NCBI RefSeq assembly: GCF_006345805.1
Contig: NC_043011.1
Location: 63,438,464-63,502,463 of the forward strand
Source of the DNA: Octopus sinensis
Lineage: Eukaryota
Length of the DNA stretch: 64,000 nt
Direction: 5' to 3'
Part shown: positions 23,977 to 47,914 of the stretch, in pieces
How positions within the stretch are numbered: the first letter of the stretch is position 1
Layout: each line of letters starts with the position of its first letter
The notes under the pieces: generated by a model
What the model saw: the letters and a program-made list of their open reading frames with translations, nothing else
What the model was told of the DNA's origin: nothing
Databases searched by the model: none
Position numbers and translations under genes: made by a program

Positions 23977-25881
23977 TAGTTTTATTTTTATAGCGTGCTT
24001 CACTTCACTACCGAGCGCAGCTCTGTGTGGCCTTGGTTATGTGCTGTGATTTGTTGTGATGCTCTGATGTTATTGTATGGAAAGTGTTCTGCGTAGGATG
24101 TGTGCAGTGCCTAGTAGTGCATTTTCTGTATGTTATATGTGTTTGTAAGTCCTGGTGTTTTTGTTATGTATTTGTCTGAATATTTTTTATCATGCCTAAT
24201 GCCCTACTATGATAGGAATTGTTTCTTTTGTTTTAGGTTCCACATTCTAGTTACCTCTATTTCCAGGTCTTTGTATTTTGAGAGTTTCTCCATTTCTTTT
24301 AGAGACACGTTGTCATCTGCCGGTATTGATACATCAATTAGAAAGCATTTTTTTTCTTCATGATCTCTGACAACTATATCTGGTCTGTTGGCCTTAATTT
24401 CTCTATCTGTGTGTATCGGCATATCCCAGAGTATGGTTGCTTTCTCGTTTTCTGTGACCTTTTCTGGTGTGTGCCTATACCATCTTTTTTCTGTCGTCAT
24501 TCCATAATGTTGGCATAGTTTCCAATGTATGTAGGTTCCAACTCTGTCATGTCTGTATATATATTCCTTCTTAGCTAAGACTGGGCAGCTAGAGATAATA
24601 TGATTTATTGTTTCTTGTCCATCTCCACATATTCTGCAGTTACTTGTAATATTTCTTTTCATTCATTTTTTGGTAATTTCTGGGGGAGGTTTTGGTCTTG
24701 TGCTGCAATTAAAAATCCTCTCTCTTTGCTGCTTTGAGTCCTGAGATGATTTATTGTTTCTGTCCATCTCACATATTCTGCAGTTACTTGTAATTTTTCT
24801 TTTCCATTACATGTTTTTGGTATTCTGGTGGGGAGTTTTGGGTCTTGTGCTGCAATTAAAATCCCTCTGGTTTCTGCTTTGAGTCCTGAGCTTCTCACTA
24901 TTGCTGGTATTTTTCTTTGTCTATGCTTTTGCGTTTAATTTAGTCCAGTACTTACCATGAAGGGTTTTTTGTCTTGCCATCGTTTTATCATGGCTCGTTG
25001 CTGTTCTATTTTTAGTTTGGATTTCTTTGTTTTATAGCTTTTGTTGTTTCTTCTCATCAGCTCTTCTCTTCTTTTGTGTTTATTAGGTGGTCTGATTTAC
25101 TTCTTGTTTTGTATTTGTCAGCTTCCTTAAATACTGAGAATAGTTTTTGTTTTGCTCGTGTTTTGCTGCTATCTGGATCAGTTTTCCTTCCTTCTGAAGT
25201 AGGTATTTTTGCAGTCCTATGGTGGTTATTTTATAGTAGTTTTCCATCTGTATAAGCCTCTACCACCTTCTATACGTTGTATATATAGTCTTTCTATGTC
25301 AGATTTTGGGTGATGCATCCTAGATCCTGTCATATTTTTCTTGTTTTCCTATCTATTTGGACAGTTCATTTCGTGTCCAGTTAAGGATATTGTAGCTGTA
25401 ACTTATAACTGGGACAGCTAAAGTGTTGATACCTATTATCTTGTTTTTAGCATTGAGCTCTGTTTTTAGTATTGATCTAACTCGTCTATATATATTCTTT
25501 TTTATTTTCTCTTTCATTTGTGTGTGTTGTGTCTTATCTAGTTCATGGATTCCTAAGTATTTGTAAGTTTGACTTTGGTCTAATTCTTTATTTCATTGGT
25601 TTTATCTAGTGTGATGTTGTTACTCTTAAATAGTTTTCCTCTTTTTCATGGTTACTTTGGCGCATTTTTCTAATCCAAATTTCATATCTATTTCTTTGGT
25701 AAATCCATGAACTGATTTAATAGTGTTTCCAGCTGTTTGTCATTTGCAGCGTATAGTTTTAGGTCATCCATATATAAAAGGTGGCTGATCGTTTTGCCGT
25801 AACATTTATATCCGCATCCAGTTCTATTTAGCATATCAGATAGAGGTGACAGTGCCAAGCAGAAAAGGAGTGGAGAGAGCG

Positions 25882-25882
<1 letters not shown>
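23974..25882 (-). mobile_element. R4/Dong family a, with an internal tandem reiteration
   Basis: ORF 24207..24662 is the RLE; YMDDLKLY near 25760; 5' end truncated at TLSPLLFC against (TTA)n. Confidence 0.88.
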
Positions 25883-25951
<69 letters not shown>

Positions 25952-26034
25952 ATTATTATTTTTATTATGAAAATTATTATTGTTATTATTATCATCATCA
26001 ACATCATTATTATTATTAATATTATTATTATTCA

Positions 26035-26228
26035 CTAGTTTTATTTTTATAGTGTGGTTTCACTTCACTACCGAGCGCTGCTCTGTGTGCTTTGGGTATG
26101 TGCTGTGTTTGTTGTGATGCTCTGATGGTTAATGTATGGAAAGTGCTTTGCGTAGGATGTGTGCAGTGTCTAGTAGTGCAATTTTCTGTATGTTATATGT
26201 GCTTGTAAGTCCTTGTGGTTTTGTCAAG
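26035..26228 (-). mobile_element. R4/Dong family a, 3'-terminal fragment
   Basis: Matches 23974-24180. Confidence 0.8.
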
Positions 26229-26236
26229 TATTTGTC

Positions 26237-26273
<37 letters not shown>

Positions 26274-26275
<2 letters not shown>

Positions 26276-29200
26276 TTTTGTTTTCTTCTTTCAAATTTGC
26301 TTCCATTTCTTGCCGAGTGTCTTCCCGATCCTAGGGCAAGAAACTCATAGTATACATTGGTAGGCCATTAAACCAAACTCAATAGTTCGTTCATTTTTTT
26401 TTAAAGTTAAATTAAAATACATGAGCAGTAACAGTTCTCACATCGACAATGCTCTTCTCAATACGTGTGATGTACCAGTTACGAAAATATTTTGCACTTC
26501 TTGCAGGGATGGTAAGCCAGGGATCATTCTCATATAATTTTCGGTTCCCTTCTTGATCATTCCTAGTGCTCCTACGATCACTGGTATTGTAACAGCCGTG
26601 AGATGCCACAGTTTTCTCAATTTCAATGAGCAGGTCTTTATATTTTCTGAGCTTGTCAAACTCTTTCGCTGAGATATTGTGATCACAGGGGATGCTCATG
26701 TCGATCAATAAGCAAACTTTATTGTTTTGGTCTTTCACAACAATATCTGGTTTATTGGCCTTGGTGGTTCGGTCTGTATGTACTGGGAAGTCCCACTGAA
26801 TGATTACATTTTCTCCTTCAGTTACAGCCTCAGGGTGGTGATTATACCACTTGTCGGCAGTTTTGATATTGTAATGCCGACTTATTAGCCAGTGTAGATA
26901 TTGGCCAACTCTGTCATGTCTTAATTTATACTCCACTGGTGCTAAGACTTTACATCCAGAGATTAGATGGTCCACTGTTTCAATCATGTCGTTGCAGAAT
27001 CGGCATTTTGGGTCTGCTCCATTTTTCATCACATTGGCCTGATAGTTCCGAGTTAATAGGCTTTGATCTTGAGCAGCCAGGATGAAACCTTCGCTCTCCG
27101 CTTTTTGCCCGGACCTCCGTAGCCACTGATGGGTTTGGTTCCGGTCAACATCAGCTTCTTTGCTCCGGGCCACATATTTGCCGTGTAGAGATTTCTCCTC
27201 CCACCTATCAGCCAATTTGTTGTGCGCTTTTTTCGTTGCCATTATTTTTACTTTCTTTGCAACAATAGTTGCCGTACTTCCCTCGGGTTGTTCAGTTTCG
27301 GTATCCTGCACGAGATCAATAGCAAAGTTTTTGCTTTCCTTTATGATAGAATGAAGCTTCTTTCGTCTCTCGTGATTTACCACGAGCTTTAGCATCCAGT
27401 CATTCGATATTTCGAGATATTTGGCCAGTCCAATTGTGGTTGTTTTGTAAGCTAGTTCAAATTGGATCAGGCCTCGATCCCATTGGGCTCTGGGAATGTA
27501 AAGGCGATCTACGTCTGCCTTTGGGTGGTGCATCCTATAACAACTCAGCAGCTTGCGTATTTTCCTATCTATATTCTTTACTTCACTCATATTCCAGTTC
27601 AACACATTGTAGCTATAAGTTTATAACTGGAACTGCTAAAGAATTTATAACTAACACCTTGTTACGTGCATTTAGTTCAGATTTCAGGACTGCACGAACT
27701 CTCCTATAACATTCCTTCCTGATCTTCTCTTTTATGGTTGCATGCTGAATACTAGAGCCTTCATTTATCCCTAAATATTTGTATGTTTGTTCTTGCTCAA
27801 ACTCTCTTATTATTTTGTCAACATCTAACACGACTGAATTTGTGGTCTTCACTTTCCCTTTCTGGAAAGTGGCCTTGGCACACTTCTCAAGCCCAAACTC
27901 CATCCCGATGTCATCGCTGAATGCTTTCACAGTGCGCAATAGGCCTTCACTTCATTATTGTCTTTACCACAGAGTTTTAAGTCATCCATATAAAATAGAT
28001 GGCTTTTTTTTTATTGTCAATTTTATACCCTTACCCTGTTCTGTTTAATTCACTTGTAAGGGGTATTAGGGCTATGCAGAATATTAAAGGTGAAAGTGAG
28101 TCACCTTGAAAAATTCCACAGTCGATGTTTATATTTACTGAGGCAAGTACTCCATTAGAGTGGTATAATTGGAGATTCGTATTTCACAACGACATATTGT
28201 GCTTCAGGAAATTTGAAATCACAGGGGAAATTTTGAAGATGTCCAGCGATCTCAAGATCCATGGATGCGGTATACTGTCGAAAGCCTTTTTATAGTCAAT
28301 CCATGCGGAGCTGAGATTTCTGCGCTTGTTGTGACAGTTCTCAATGATCATACGATTAATTAGCAGTTGATCTTTGCATCCGTATGAGCCTCAGCGGCAC
28401 CCTTTTTGCTCAATGGGGAAAATATCGTTCTTTTCCATGAATGCCTATGTTTTCTCCGCCAGGATAGATGTTAGGATTTTATACGTGGTGGATAGACAGG
28501 TTATAGGCCGATAGTTTTTTGGAAGATTGGTTTCGTTATTCTTTGGGAGTAGGTAAGTAATGCCACTTGCTAACCATTCAGGTGTTTTCTTTGGGTCTCT
28601 CATAATTCCATTGAGCAGCTGAACTAGCTTACCGTGTGCGCATGGGAGCGAAGCGAGCCAGAAATTCGGCACCCTATCTTTACCGGGGGATTTCCAATTA
28701 TGGGCCTTCGTGAGTGCCTTTCTTAGGTCTGCTATTGTGATGTCTTCCCATGCTTGTTGTTGTAAATTTTGGTAGGATCCTTCAGTTTGTATAATCCAGT
28801 CTGCATTTATGTTGTACGTCTTCTTGTCACTCCAAATCCACTTCCAAAAGTTTTGAACTTCTTCCATGGGAGGGGGGTCTTTAACGGTTACTTTCTCCTT
28901 CCCTATTTCTCTGTAGAATTTTTTGGCATTGGATGTGAACAGCGTATTTTGCTTGTAAAACTTGTTTCTCTTCTCAAATCTTCGTATTCTTTGGGCTTGT
29001 GCTTGGACTTTTTGTTTCAGCGTTTCTTTTATTGATATGAGTTCTTCTCTTGGTGAGGATCCAAATTTTCTCTTCATCTTTCTTCCTGTTCGTGATCTTA
29101 CATCATTTCCAGATATTAGTTCATTTAATATTAATATTTCCCCTCTCATAAATTCAATCTGTTTTTCAATTTTACATCTCCAGGTTTGATTTCTTCCTAG

Positions 29201-30240
29201 GTTTGGTTTTCTTTGTTTCTTTGGGGGCATACAGCTAGTTTCAATTGACCAAGCAGAAACCTAAAAAATTTCATTCAACTCAGAAAAATCAGGTTTAATT
29301 CTTGTATTATTTCATTTGTAACATAGTTGCCAATTTGGATTTTTTTTTTTGGTATGTATTTGAGAGTTTATGAAGTGGTTCTCTATCATTCATACTTGTA
29401 TGTCTTACAACTTCAAGCGTATTCAGGATTTTCTGCCTCATTTCTGCCATAGACTTTCTGTGTTCTTCAGCAAATGCGAGATCTTCAGTTACTGTTGTTT
29501 TATCATTTTCCTGGCTATCTTTAACAAGTACAATAGAATTTCTTGTATCTTCAGGCCTTTGCGTACTTTGGTCAGATGGCAGTCTTTCAATTATGCCTCG
29601 TGGCGGGCTATACTGTTCATCTGATTCTTCATTTCCTTTGTGTCTTATATGTATTTCATTTTCCGTTGCGTGCTTTATGGCGCTTATTTCACTCTCTGTG
29701 AGTCTGTTATTTCTAAGGATATCCCTCCTCACATTTGCCAATTTGTTCTCGTCCAAATAGGGCCTACTCTCTTGATTCCGGGTTCTCCATATACTGTAAG
29801 AGTTTGCGGTGTGTCTCTCTTGAGATGGCCTACCTAATGCATAGTAATAAGCGTATATAACTTCTTTATACTCTGTCGGGTCCATTTGTTCCGCTTACAT
29901 ATTTCTTTCTGTGGTGGTTGTGGTGGTGAACTTGGAGGGCTCGAGTTGGGGGATTTCCCGTTCAAGTGACCATCCATGTCCGTATTCGGAGAAGAGTTTG
30001 TGCCAGTCGATGACTTTTCGACCCCAGGCTGGCTCTTCCCTGGGGGACGCGCTTCCAGATTAACCACGGGACAAGCGATTTCGTATACTGAATTAGTTTC
30101 CCTTTTAGTTTCCAAAAACATTTTGGTGCTACGATAATGTTATCATTTTTTAGCTTTGATTGGCTCGTGGGGAGACGGCCATCATTGCCGTTACAATTAT
30201 AATCGTACCATTATAGCAGCCGTAGTCGGCTTATTATTGT
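26274..30240 (-). mobile_element. R4/Dong family b, near full length, frameshifted
   Basis: Successive ORFs 29834..30121, 29307..29885 (N-terminal region), 28445..29230 (pre-RT), 27613..27939, 26412..27605 (RT end, CRFC..RHD..HW zinc finger, KPDIVV..LIDMSIP RLE); (TTA)n flanks. Confidence 0.92.
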
Positions 30241-30637
30241 TATTATCATCACCATTATTATCACTATCATCATTATCACCACCATTACCATCATCATCAT
30301 CATCATCATCACCATCACCATCGTCATCATCATCATCATCAATGATATTGTTTTATGTGTAGTCACAGTAGTATCTTATTATTATTATTTTTGTTTTTAT
30401 TATCATTATCACCATCACAGTAGTGTCTGTCTGTCTCGTTGGCTGGCTTGGTGTTTGGCTGGATGACTGTCTTCAAACGTGAGTTCTTGCCTGTCAAATA
30501 ATTCTTTCATATTTTGTTAACGATAGAGCCGTGGTGAGGTTTGTGTTGGTTGAACTCTTTGAGTGTGTGTGTGTGTAGATAGATAAATAGATTATCAGCA
30601 CTATTACTATCATTATTATCACCATCACCATCAGTGA

Positions 30638-30710
<73 letters not shown>

Positions 30711-30713
<3 letters not shown>

Positions 30714-32085
30714 ACCGTTTCCCATATGCTACTCATATCGGCAGTCTGTCTTGTTAGAGGTTTGTTGTGTCCTATCATATGTGCTGCTTCATTTAGATTT
30801 CCGATTTTCCAGTGGTGTTCTCTATTATTTTAACTTATTTCCACAGGGGGAGGTCTTGTAATCAGTCTTATAATAATTCTGCTTGTCCTTACGTCGTTAA
30901 TGCTTTCACGTGATTGGATAGAACAGGGTGAGAGAAGAGTCCACGACGTGAGGAAAGGAGAAGGTAATTCTAACGCCTTCACGTGATTAGTTGAAGAGAA
31001 AGCAAAACAAAAAAATAAAGTAACTGATAAAGGAAAGCGAAGAAAAGGACAAGACGAAGCGGGAGGTAGGAGGAAAGAGAATGAGAAAGACGGAGTGAGA
31101 AAAGACAAGCGCCAATGACATCTTGTAGGCGGCACCTAACTTCTGGCTCCAGAAAGAATGTCCATCTTACGAGATCCAAGCCTTTCCGAAATAACAGACT
31201 GACACCGCTTCCATATCTTGGAGATACGTACACCTTGTCATTGCTGAAAATGAGTGCGAAGAGTGGTACCTCCCAAATTCCGCACTTGTTGATGGCTAGC
31301 ACATCTATGTGCAACGGCGTGAGGTCGTTGTCGAGGTAGCCCTGCTTCCAGAACTGTAAAGCAGTCCGTGTACATTTATACAGTCTATTCTGAGTGAAGC
31401 CATGTTGAATAAAGTGTCTCAAAACTGGGAAACATCTCTTATCTTCGGCTTTTGAAGAGAAGTGGTTGCTCCATTCTTCTGTCAATTCCTTGTGTCAAAA
31501 CCCTTGTGTCAAGTGCTTGGTGCTTTCCTGAGTATATAATCTCCATGATAGAATCCCTCGGTAGAGCCGCTTGCCTCGGGGAATTTCTATTTTTAACATG
31601 TGTATATATTTTGGTTTATGCCTATAGTAGAGTAAATGTTTTGTTTTGAAAGTTTATTTCTCTATAATGCATGAAATTTGAGTCTTTGATGTATTTTGCG
31701 TTTTTTGTTTTTGCAGACGGATTTTCGGATGTGTTTGTCATGTAGTCTCTTATGATGTTGACGCAGATTATAGAGATGATCATGGAGGTGTTGCTGTAGC
31801 TGTTGTTGTTTGTTGGTGGTGGTGGTGTTGATGATGGTGTCAGTGATGGTGGATTGGATATTACAGTGGAGATTGTTATTCATGCTAGTGTTTTGTGTGT
31901 TATGCTTCAGTGCAGGGCTTTAGAGTTGCCGTTGTGGACGAGATGGTTGATATTTCTTTCTGTTTTTCTTTACTATCTACAATTTTTCACTCCCTTACAT
32001 TGCAACATTTCGCATCCGTGTGTCCCAAGTAGGTGAGGGGTATGTCCTCTACATGTAAACTTGTTACGTTTGTTTGAAAATTGAA
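30711..32085 (-). mobile_element. Same L1/Tx1 fragment upstream of copy B
   Basis: Direct near-identical copy of 1-1370. Confidence 0.72.
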
Positions 32086-32559
32086 ATAATAATAATAATA
32101 ATAATAATAATGATAATAATAATGATAATAATAGTAATAATAATAATAGTTGTTACGGGGATTGAATTCTTCATTTAAACTATTATAATTTTGATCGACA
32201 GAAGATTTGGTGCTTTAGAGTATATGGTTGAAGAGACAATAGATACAGTAGAAGACTTAAAAGGTAAGTACTGAGGTAGATTTGTTCAATAAAGCCTTCA
32301 ATACTGCGCCCCTACAATATCAAACACGAATGAAAAAAAAAGGGATAAACATTCCACAAAGGAATAATGATACCGTTTATTGACTATAGGTTATATTATT
32401 TTCTAAAGAGAGAAATGAATATTCAACTCTAAGTTTTTATTTATGTATCCACGAATAAGTCGATATTCGGCAATTAAATATTCAGATGAAAGAACTACTG
32501 TCGCTTTGTAATTTATGTTGCCAGTCTTGATTGAATTGCGCAGTTTTGTTCTACCGTTG

Positions 32560-32657
32560 CCTGGCACATGTTACACTATATGTCATCACAGGTGTCAATA
32601 TAAAATTGTTGACTGCCAAAGCTCCATTTGTTTATTATAACACATAAAAGAAAAGTC
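32560..32657 (+). promoter_or_regulatory. Putative core promoter of copy B
   Basis: Near-identical to the copy A promoter; TATAAAA at 32599-32605. Confidence 0.55.
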
Positions 32658-39290
<6,633 letters not shown>

Positions 39291-41096
39291 TGGAAGCAGT
39301 TTAACATTACGTAATTATTTCAATTTTAACATAAATTTTACTATTCCTTATTATTAATTTATGTCTTCGCTCATTTCCCAATAAAGTATGCCTGCGATAC
39401 ACACTAATGAAGCTATAGAAAAATGCGAGTAATATTTAAGAACTGTACAGCAACTTTAGCTCAGTAGCGGAGTTGTGCCTTCTTCTTTCATATTTGCTCG
39501 AATTTTTCGTAAGACTGCGGTCGTATTGGGGGTACCTTTTTAAGGGGTCTGTTGAAGGAAACGAGCCCAGTATTTATACTATCGATGGCATTTGTCAAAT
39601 TGCGAATGATTCGTGGACGTAAACAAATAAACACCGGCTTTCAAGAGGTGATGGTTTAAACACGACAACACGCACAGAAATCAGTTGAAAATACTTTTTC
39701 CTTTAATATTACATTTATAATTACATGTTGATCTCAAAGAACTGCAGTTTGCCTCTGCTAGAAACACACTATTGAACACATTTTTGTCACATTACAGGTC
39801 TCGTCAAATGTGATGTATATTCGGAACCTGAGACGTGAACTCCCTCATTATGAAATAATATTAATGATATATAAAGAAGTATATAACATACAAGTTGTTT
39901 TGCTGTTGTTTTTATTTCAAATTAATGGGTAAGCGTGAAGAAGTGTCACTAAATGAGTAACAATCGTTTTAAATGTTGGCCAATAAATTTGTAGCAAGAT
40001 AATCATTATTTACTTTTCATTACTTCTCCAAAGTCGATTAAAGGAGATTGCTAGACGTTATTGTTTGCTGTGTTATCGTCAACTTGTTAGATCCTATGTT
40101 TGTGGGAAAAGCATTAAAATAAGGAATATCTGGATGTTGAAATATTATGAACAAATTAAAAGTTTTTCATTAATATTTTCCTCTGACATAAAAGTTTAAT
40201 TTGCGTATGAATCTCAAAGAATATGTAACATTCGATGAATAACATTTCGTTGAGCAGGATATAATTCTACAATCTGATGTCTGTACCCACCAAGTTAATC
40301 TACCAAATGAACAAGTGTGGGAGAAATGTAAGAAGAGTTTATGGAAAGCTTACAAAAGACAAAACCTAAGATATACATTATAGAATCAGGTCAAAGCAAA
40401 TAATTATCAAGACAAATGCGGACGTTAATGCGGGGTAACGTGTGTGCATTTGAAAAACAAGGCTGGTTGCAGTTTCAGTCCCATCACATGGAAACTTTTG
40501 TCCCGATCTGAGTGAAATTGATGGGTGGTCTATTTCGGTTTATGGGACATATTCGGAGTAATCTGGCCGTTTATGAGGCGTTCGATCCCCACGAATTTAG
40601 GCTCCTCCTTTGCACTCTGGATCATTTCGCTCTCATTGGAATCAAAATTATTATTATTCTGTACCTGTTGATGGTTAGTACGTCCAAAACGGCAACAGTC
40701 CATGTACATTTATACTGTCTATTCTGAGTGAAGCCATATTGTGTAAACTACCGCAAAGCTGGAAAATAACTCTTCCCTTCTACTTTTAGAGAAAAATTGA
40801 TTGCTCAATTCTTGTGTCGAGTACTTGTGTCAAGTTCGGGGTGCTTTTCTGAGAATATATTTCTGATAGAATCCCTCGAGGTTTCTGGGCAAATTCTTTA
40901 TATTTTTCTTTAGTATTTACATTTTTCCCCTTTCCTACATAGAGTTTCATGTCCGTGTGTCCCAAGTAGGTAAGTAGGAGACTGTCCTTTATATGTGAGC
41001 TCGTTACGTAGGTTTGAGATTCAAATAATAATAATAATAATAAAAATAATAATAATAATGATGATGACGATGATAATAATAATAATAATAATAGTA

Positions 41097-41128
<32 letters not shown>

Positions 41129-41134
41129 GATAAT

Positions 41135-41211
<77 letters not shown>

Positions 41212-41231
41212 TAATAATAATAATAATAAAT

Positions 41232-42949
41232 ATGGATGACTTAAAACTCTATGGTAAAGACGATGATAAACTTGAAGGCCTATTGCGCACTGTGAAAGCA
41301 TTCAGTGATGACATCGGGATGGAGTTTGGACTTGAGAAGTGTGCCAAGGCCACTTTCCAGAAAGGGAAAGTGAAGACCACAAATTCTGTCGTGTTAAATG
41401 TTGACACAGTCATAAGAGAGCTTGAGCAAGAACAATCATACAAATATTTAGGGATAAATGAAGGCTCTGGTATTCAGCATGCAAGCATGAAAGAGAAAAT
41501 CAGGAAGGAATGTTATAGGAGAGTTCGTGCAGTCCTGAAATCTGAACTAAATGCACGTAACAAGGTGTTAGCTATAAATTCCTTAGCAGTTCCAGTTGTT
41601 ACTTATAGCTACAATGTGTTGAACTGGAATATGAGTGAAGTAAAGAATATAGATAGAAGAATACGCAAGCTGCTGAGTTGTAATATGATGCACAACCCAA
41701 AGGCAGACGTAGATCACCTTTACCTTCCCAGAGCCCAAGGAGGTCGAGGCCTGATCCAATTTGAACTAGCTTACAAAACAACCACAATTGGACTGGCCAA
41801 ATATCTCGAAATATCGAATGACTGGATGCTAAAGCTCGTGGAAAATCACGAGAGACGAAATAAGCTTCATTCTATCATAAAGGAAAGCAAAAAATTTGCT
41901 ATTGATCTCGTGCAGGATACCCAAACTGAACAACCCGAGGGAAGTACGGCAACTATTGTTGCAAAGAAGGTGAAAATGATGGCAATGAAAAAAGCGCACG
42001 AGCATTTGGCTGATAGGTGGGAGGAGAAACCTCTGCACGGCAAATATGTGACCCGCAGCAAACAAGCTGATGTTGACCAGAAGCAAACCCATCAGTGGCT
42101 ACGGAGCTCAGGGCTAAAAGCAGAGAGCGAAGGTTTCATCCTGGCTGCTCAAGATCAAAGCCTATTAACTCGGAACTACCAGGCCAATGTGATGAAAAAT
42201 GGAGCAGACCCAAAATGCCGATTCTGCAACGACATGATTGAAATAGTGGACCATCTAATCTCTGGATGTAAAGTCTTAGCACCAGTGGAGTATAAATTAA
42301 GACATGACAGAGTTGGCCAATATCTACGCTGGCTAATAAGTCGGCATTACAATATCAAAACTGCCGACAAGTGGTATAATCACCACCATGAGGGCGTAAC
42401 TGAAGGAGAAAATGTAACCATTCTGTGGGACTTTCCAGTACATACAGACCGAACCATCAAGGCCAATAAACCAGATATTGTTGTGAAAGACCAAAACAAT
42501 AAAGTCTGCTTATTGATCGACATGAGCATCCCCTGTGATCATAATATCTCAGCGAAAGAGTTTGACAAGCTCAGAAAATATAAAGACCTACTCATTGAAA
42601 TTGAGAAAATGTGGCATCTCAAGGCGGTTACAATACCAGTGATCGTAGGAGCACTAGGAATGATCAAGAAGGGAACCGAAAATTATATGAGAATGATCCC
42701 TGGCTTACCATCCCTGCAAGAGGGGCAAAAGATTGTCTTAACTGGTACATCACACGTATTGAGAAGAGCATTTTCGATGTGAGAACTGTTGCTGCTCATG
42801 TATTTTAATTTAACTTTAAAAAAAAAATGACTGAACTACTGAGTTTGGTTTAATGGCCTACCAATGTATACTATGAGTTTCTTTGCCCTAGGAGTCGAGA
42901 AGACACTCGACAAGAAATGGAAGCAAATTTGAAAGAAGAAAAAAAATGT
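41232..42949 (+). mobile_element. R4/Dong family b, 5'-truncated copy with an uninterrupted 516-codon RT C-terminus and RLE
   Basis: From MDDLKLY (41232) to the stop at 42782 in one frame; (TAA)n both sides; absent at the equivalent site 11310-11515. Confidence 0.93.
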
Positions 42950-43004
42950 AATAATAATAATTTTTATAATAATAAAAATAATATTAATAATAATAATAAT
43001 AAAG

Positions 43005-43135
<131 letters not shown>

Positions 43136-43204
43136 AAGAAGAAGAAGAAGAAGAAAGAAGAAGAAGAAAGAAGAAAAGAAGTAGAAGAAGAAGAAGTAGA
43201 AGAA

Positions 43205-46183
<2,979 letters not shown>

Positions 46184-46207
46184 TAAATATAATAATAAAA
46201 TAATAAA

Positions 46208-46283
<76 letters not shown>

Positions 46284-46744
46284 TCTTGGTATAAAAGACG
46301 GGCTACAGCAAATATTCTGCTCAATACCACAGATATGCTTGTCAGTTGTTTGACCTTAACCAGTCGAGCATGTCTCTTAGTGGCTGACGATATGTGCATC
46401 TCTGATCACAAGCAGAAGTAGTGGAGGAGCATCATAGCCATGTTTGAAAAGGAACTCTTTAGAGTTTCGATAATTCAGCTTTGGGAACATGGATGTTTCG
46501 TTAAACATACTTAAACAACCCTTATTCAGGGACCTTTTGATCAGGATGGGTTGCTCGACCACAAGAAAATTCTAACTGGGCCGCACCTGCAAGGTCATGT
46601 GCTGCTTATCACCATGTCGCACACATATAGTTGTGATGCATGTGTCTAATGTACCCTTATCAGACGGGTAGTCATGATGGGTATACTGGGCTTCGTATCT
46701 TTTACCCCAGTGTTACTTTGATGCCATGCACTGCTTTCCCACTC

Positions 46745-46816
<72 letters not shown>

Positions 46817-46818
46817 TA

Positions 46819-46974
46819 GTGTTATCATGTACATTGTTTTGTCTGTGTTATCATGTACATTGTTTTGTAAGTGTTATCATGTACATTGTTTTGTCTTTGT
46901 TATCATGTACGTTGTTTTGTCTGTGTCATCATGTACATTGTTTTGTCTGTGTCATCATGTACATTGTTTTGTCT
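46819..46974 (+). repeat. Six tandem copies of a 26 bp unit gtgttatcatgtacattgttttgtct
   Basis: Directly visible; the unit is a single-copy subterminal motif in the 22749-23301 element copy. Confidence 0.9.
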
Positions 46975-47449
46975 TGGTATAAAAGATGGGCTACAGCAAA
47001 TATTCTGCTCAATACCACAGATTTGCTTGTCAGTTGTTTGACCGTAACCAGTTGAGCATGTCCCTTAGTGGCTGAGGATATGTGCATCTCTGATCACGAG
47101 CAGAAGTAGTGGGGGAGCATCATAGCCATGTGTTGAGAATGATTCTTTGGGATTTGAATAATTCACCTCTGGAAATATGGGTGTTTCGTTCAACGTCCTT
47201 AAACAACCCTTATTCAGGGATCATTCGAGCGGGATGTGTTACTCGATCTGAAGAAAATTTCTAACTGGGCTCCACCTGCAAGGTCATGTGCTATTTATCT
47301 TGATATAAAATCCCCATGTCACGCACATATGGTTGTAATGCATGTCCCTGGTGTACCCTTATCAGACGGGTAGTCATGATGGGTATACTGGGCTTCGTAT
47401 ATTTTACCCCAGTGTCACTTTCATGGCATGCTCTGCTCGCTCACTCAAT

Positions 47450-47914
47450 AATAATAATAATAATGATTGTAACAGTGATTAAATTCTTCATTCAAAATAT
47501 GATTCTAACGATCGGTAAGAGATTTGATGAAGTAGGTTACATAGTGGAAGAGTCAATAGGCACTGTACAATCTTAAGACATAAGGACTCAGGTAGATTCC
47601 TTTAGTATATCCTTTCTTATGTTGCACCAGCATTGGCGCACTGTAATACCAGAAACGAATGGTACAGAGGGGGATAAACATTCCACAAAGGAATTATGCT
47701 TCAGTTTATTGTATATAGGTTACATAAATTTCTAAACAGAGAAATATATTTTCAACTGTAAGGACATTTTTTCCCTGTATCCTCGTTAAATCGTTTATTC
47801 GACAATTAAATATTCAGGCGAAAGAACTCCTGTCACTCTGATATTTAATATGACAGGTTGTTTTCTTTTGCTGCTGCCTGACGTATGTTACACTGTATGG
47901 CATTACGTAGAAGA
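47450..47914 (+). pseudogene. Copy E: promoter-only remnant, deletion derivative of a D-type copy
   Basis: Near-identical to 16050-16510, then jumps at acgtagaaGA|ctgg to sequence homologous to 18411 onward. Confidence 0.65.

Noticed and set aside
30121-30240. Possible HDV-like ribozyme in the R4b 5' UTR
   Set aside because: A P3/L3-like CGT-CTCCCC-ACG is present, but I could not build convincing P1 and P2 helices.
46819-46974. Regular 26 bp repeats resembling a CRISPR array
   Set aside because: Head-to-tail with no spacers, eukaryotic context, no cas genes.
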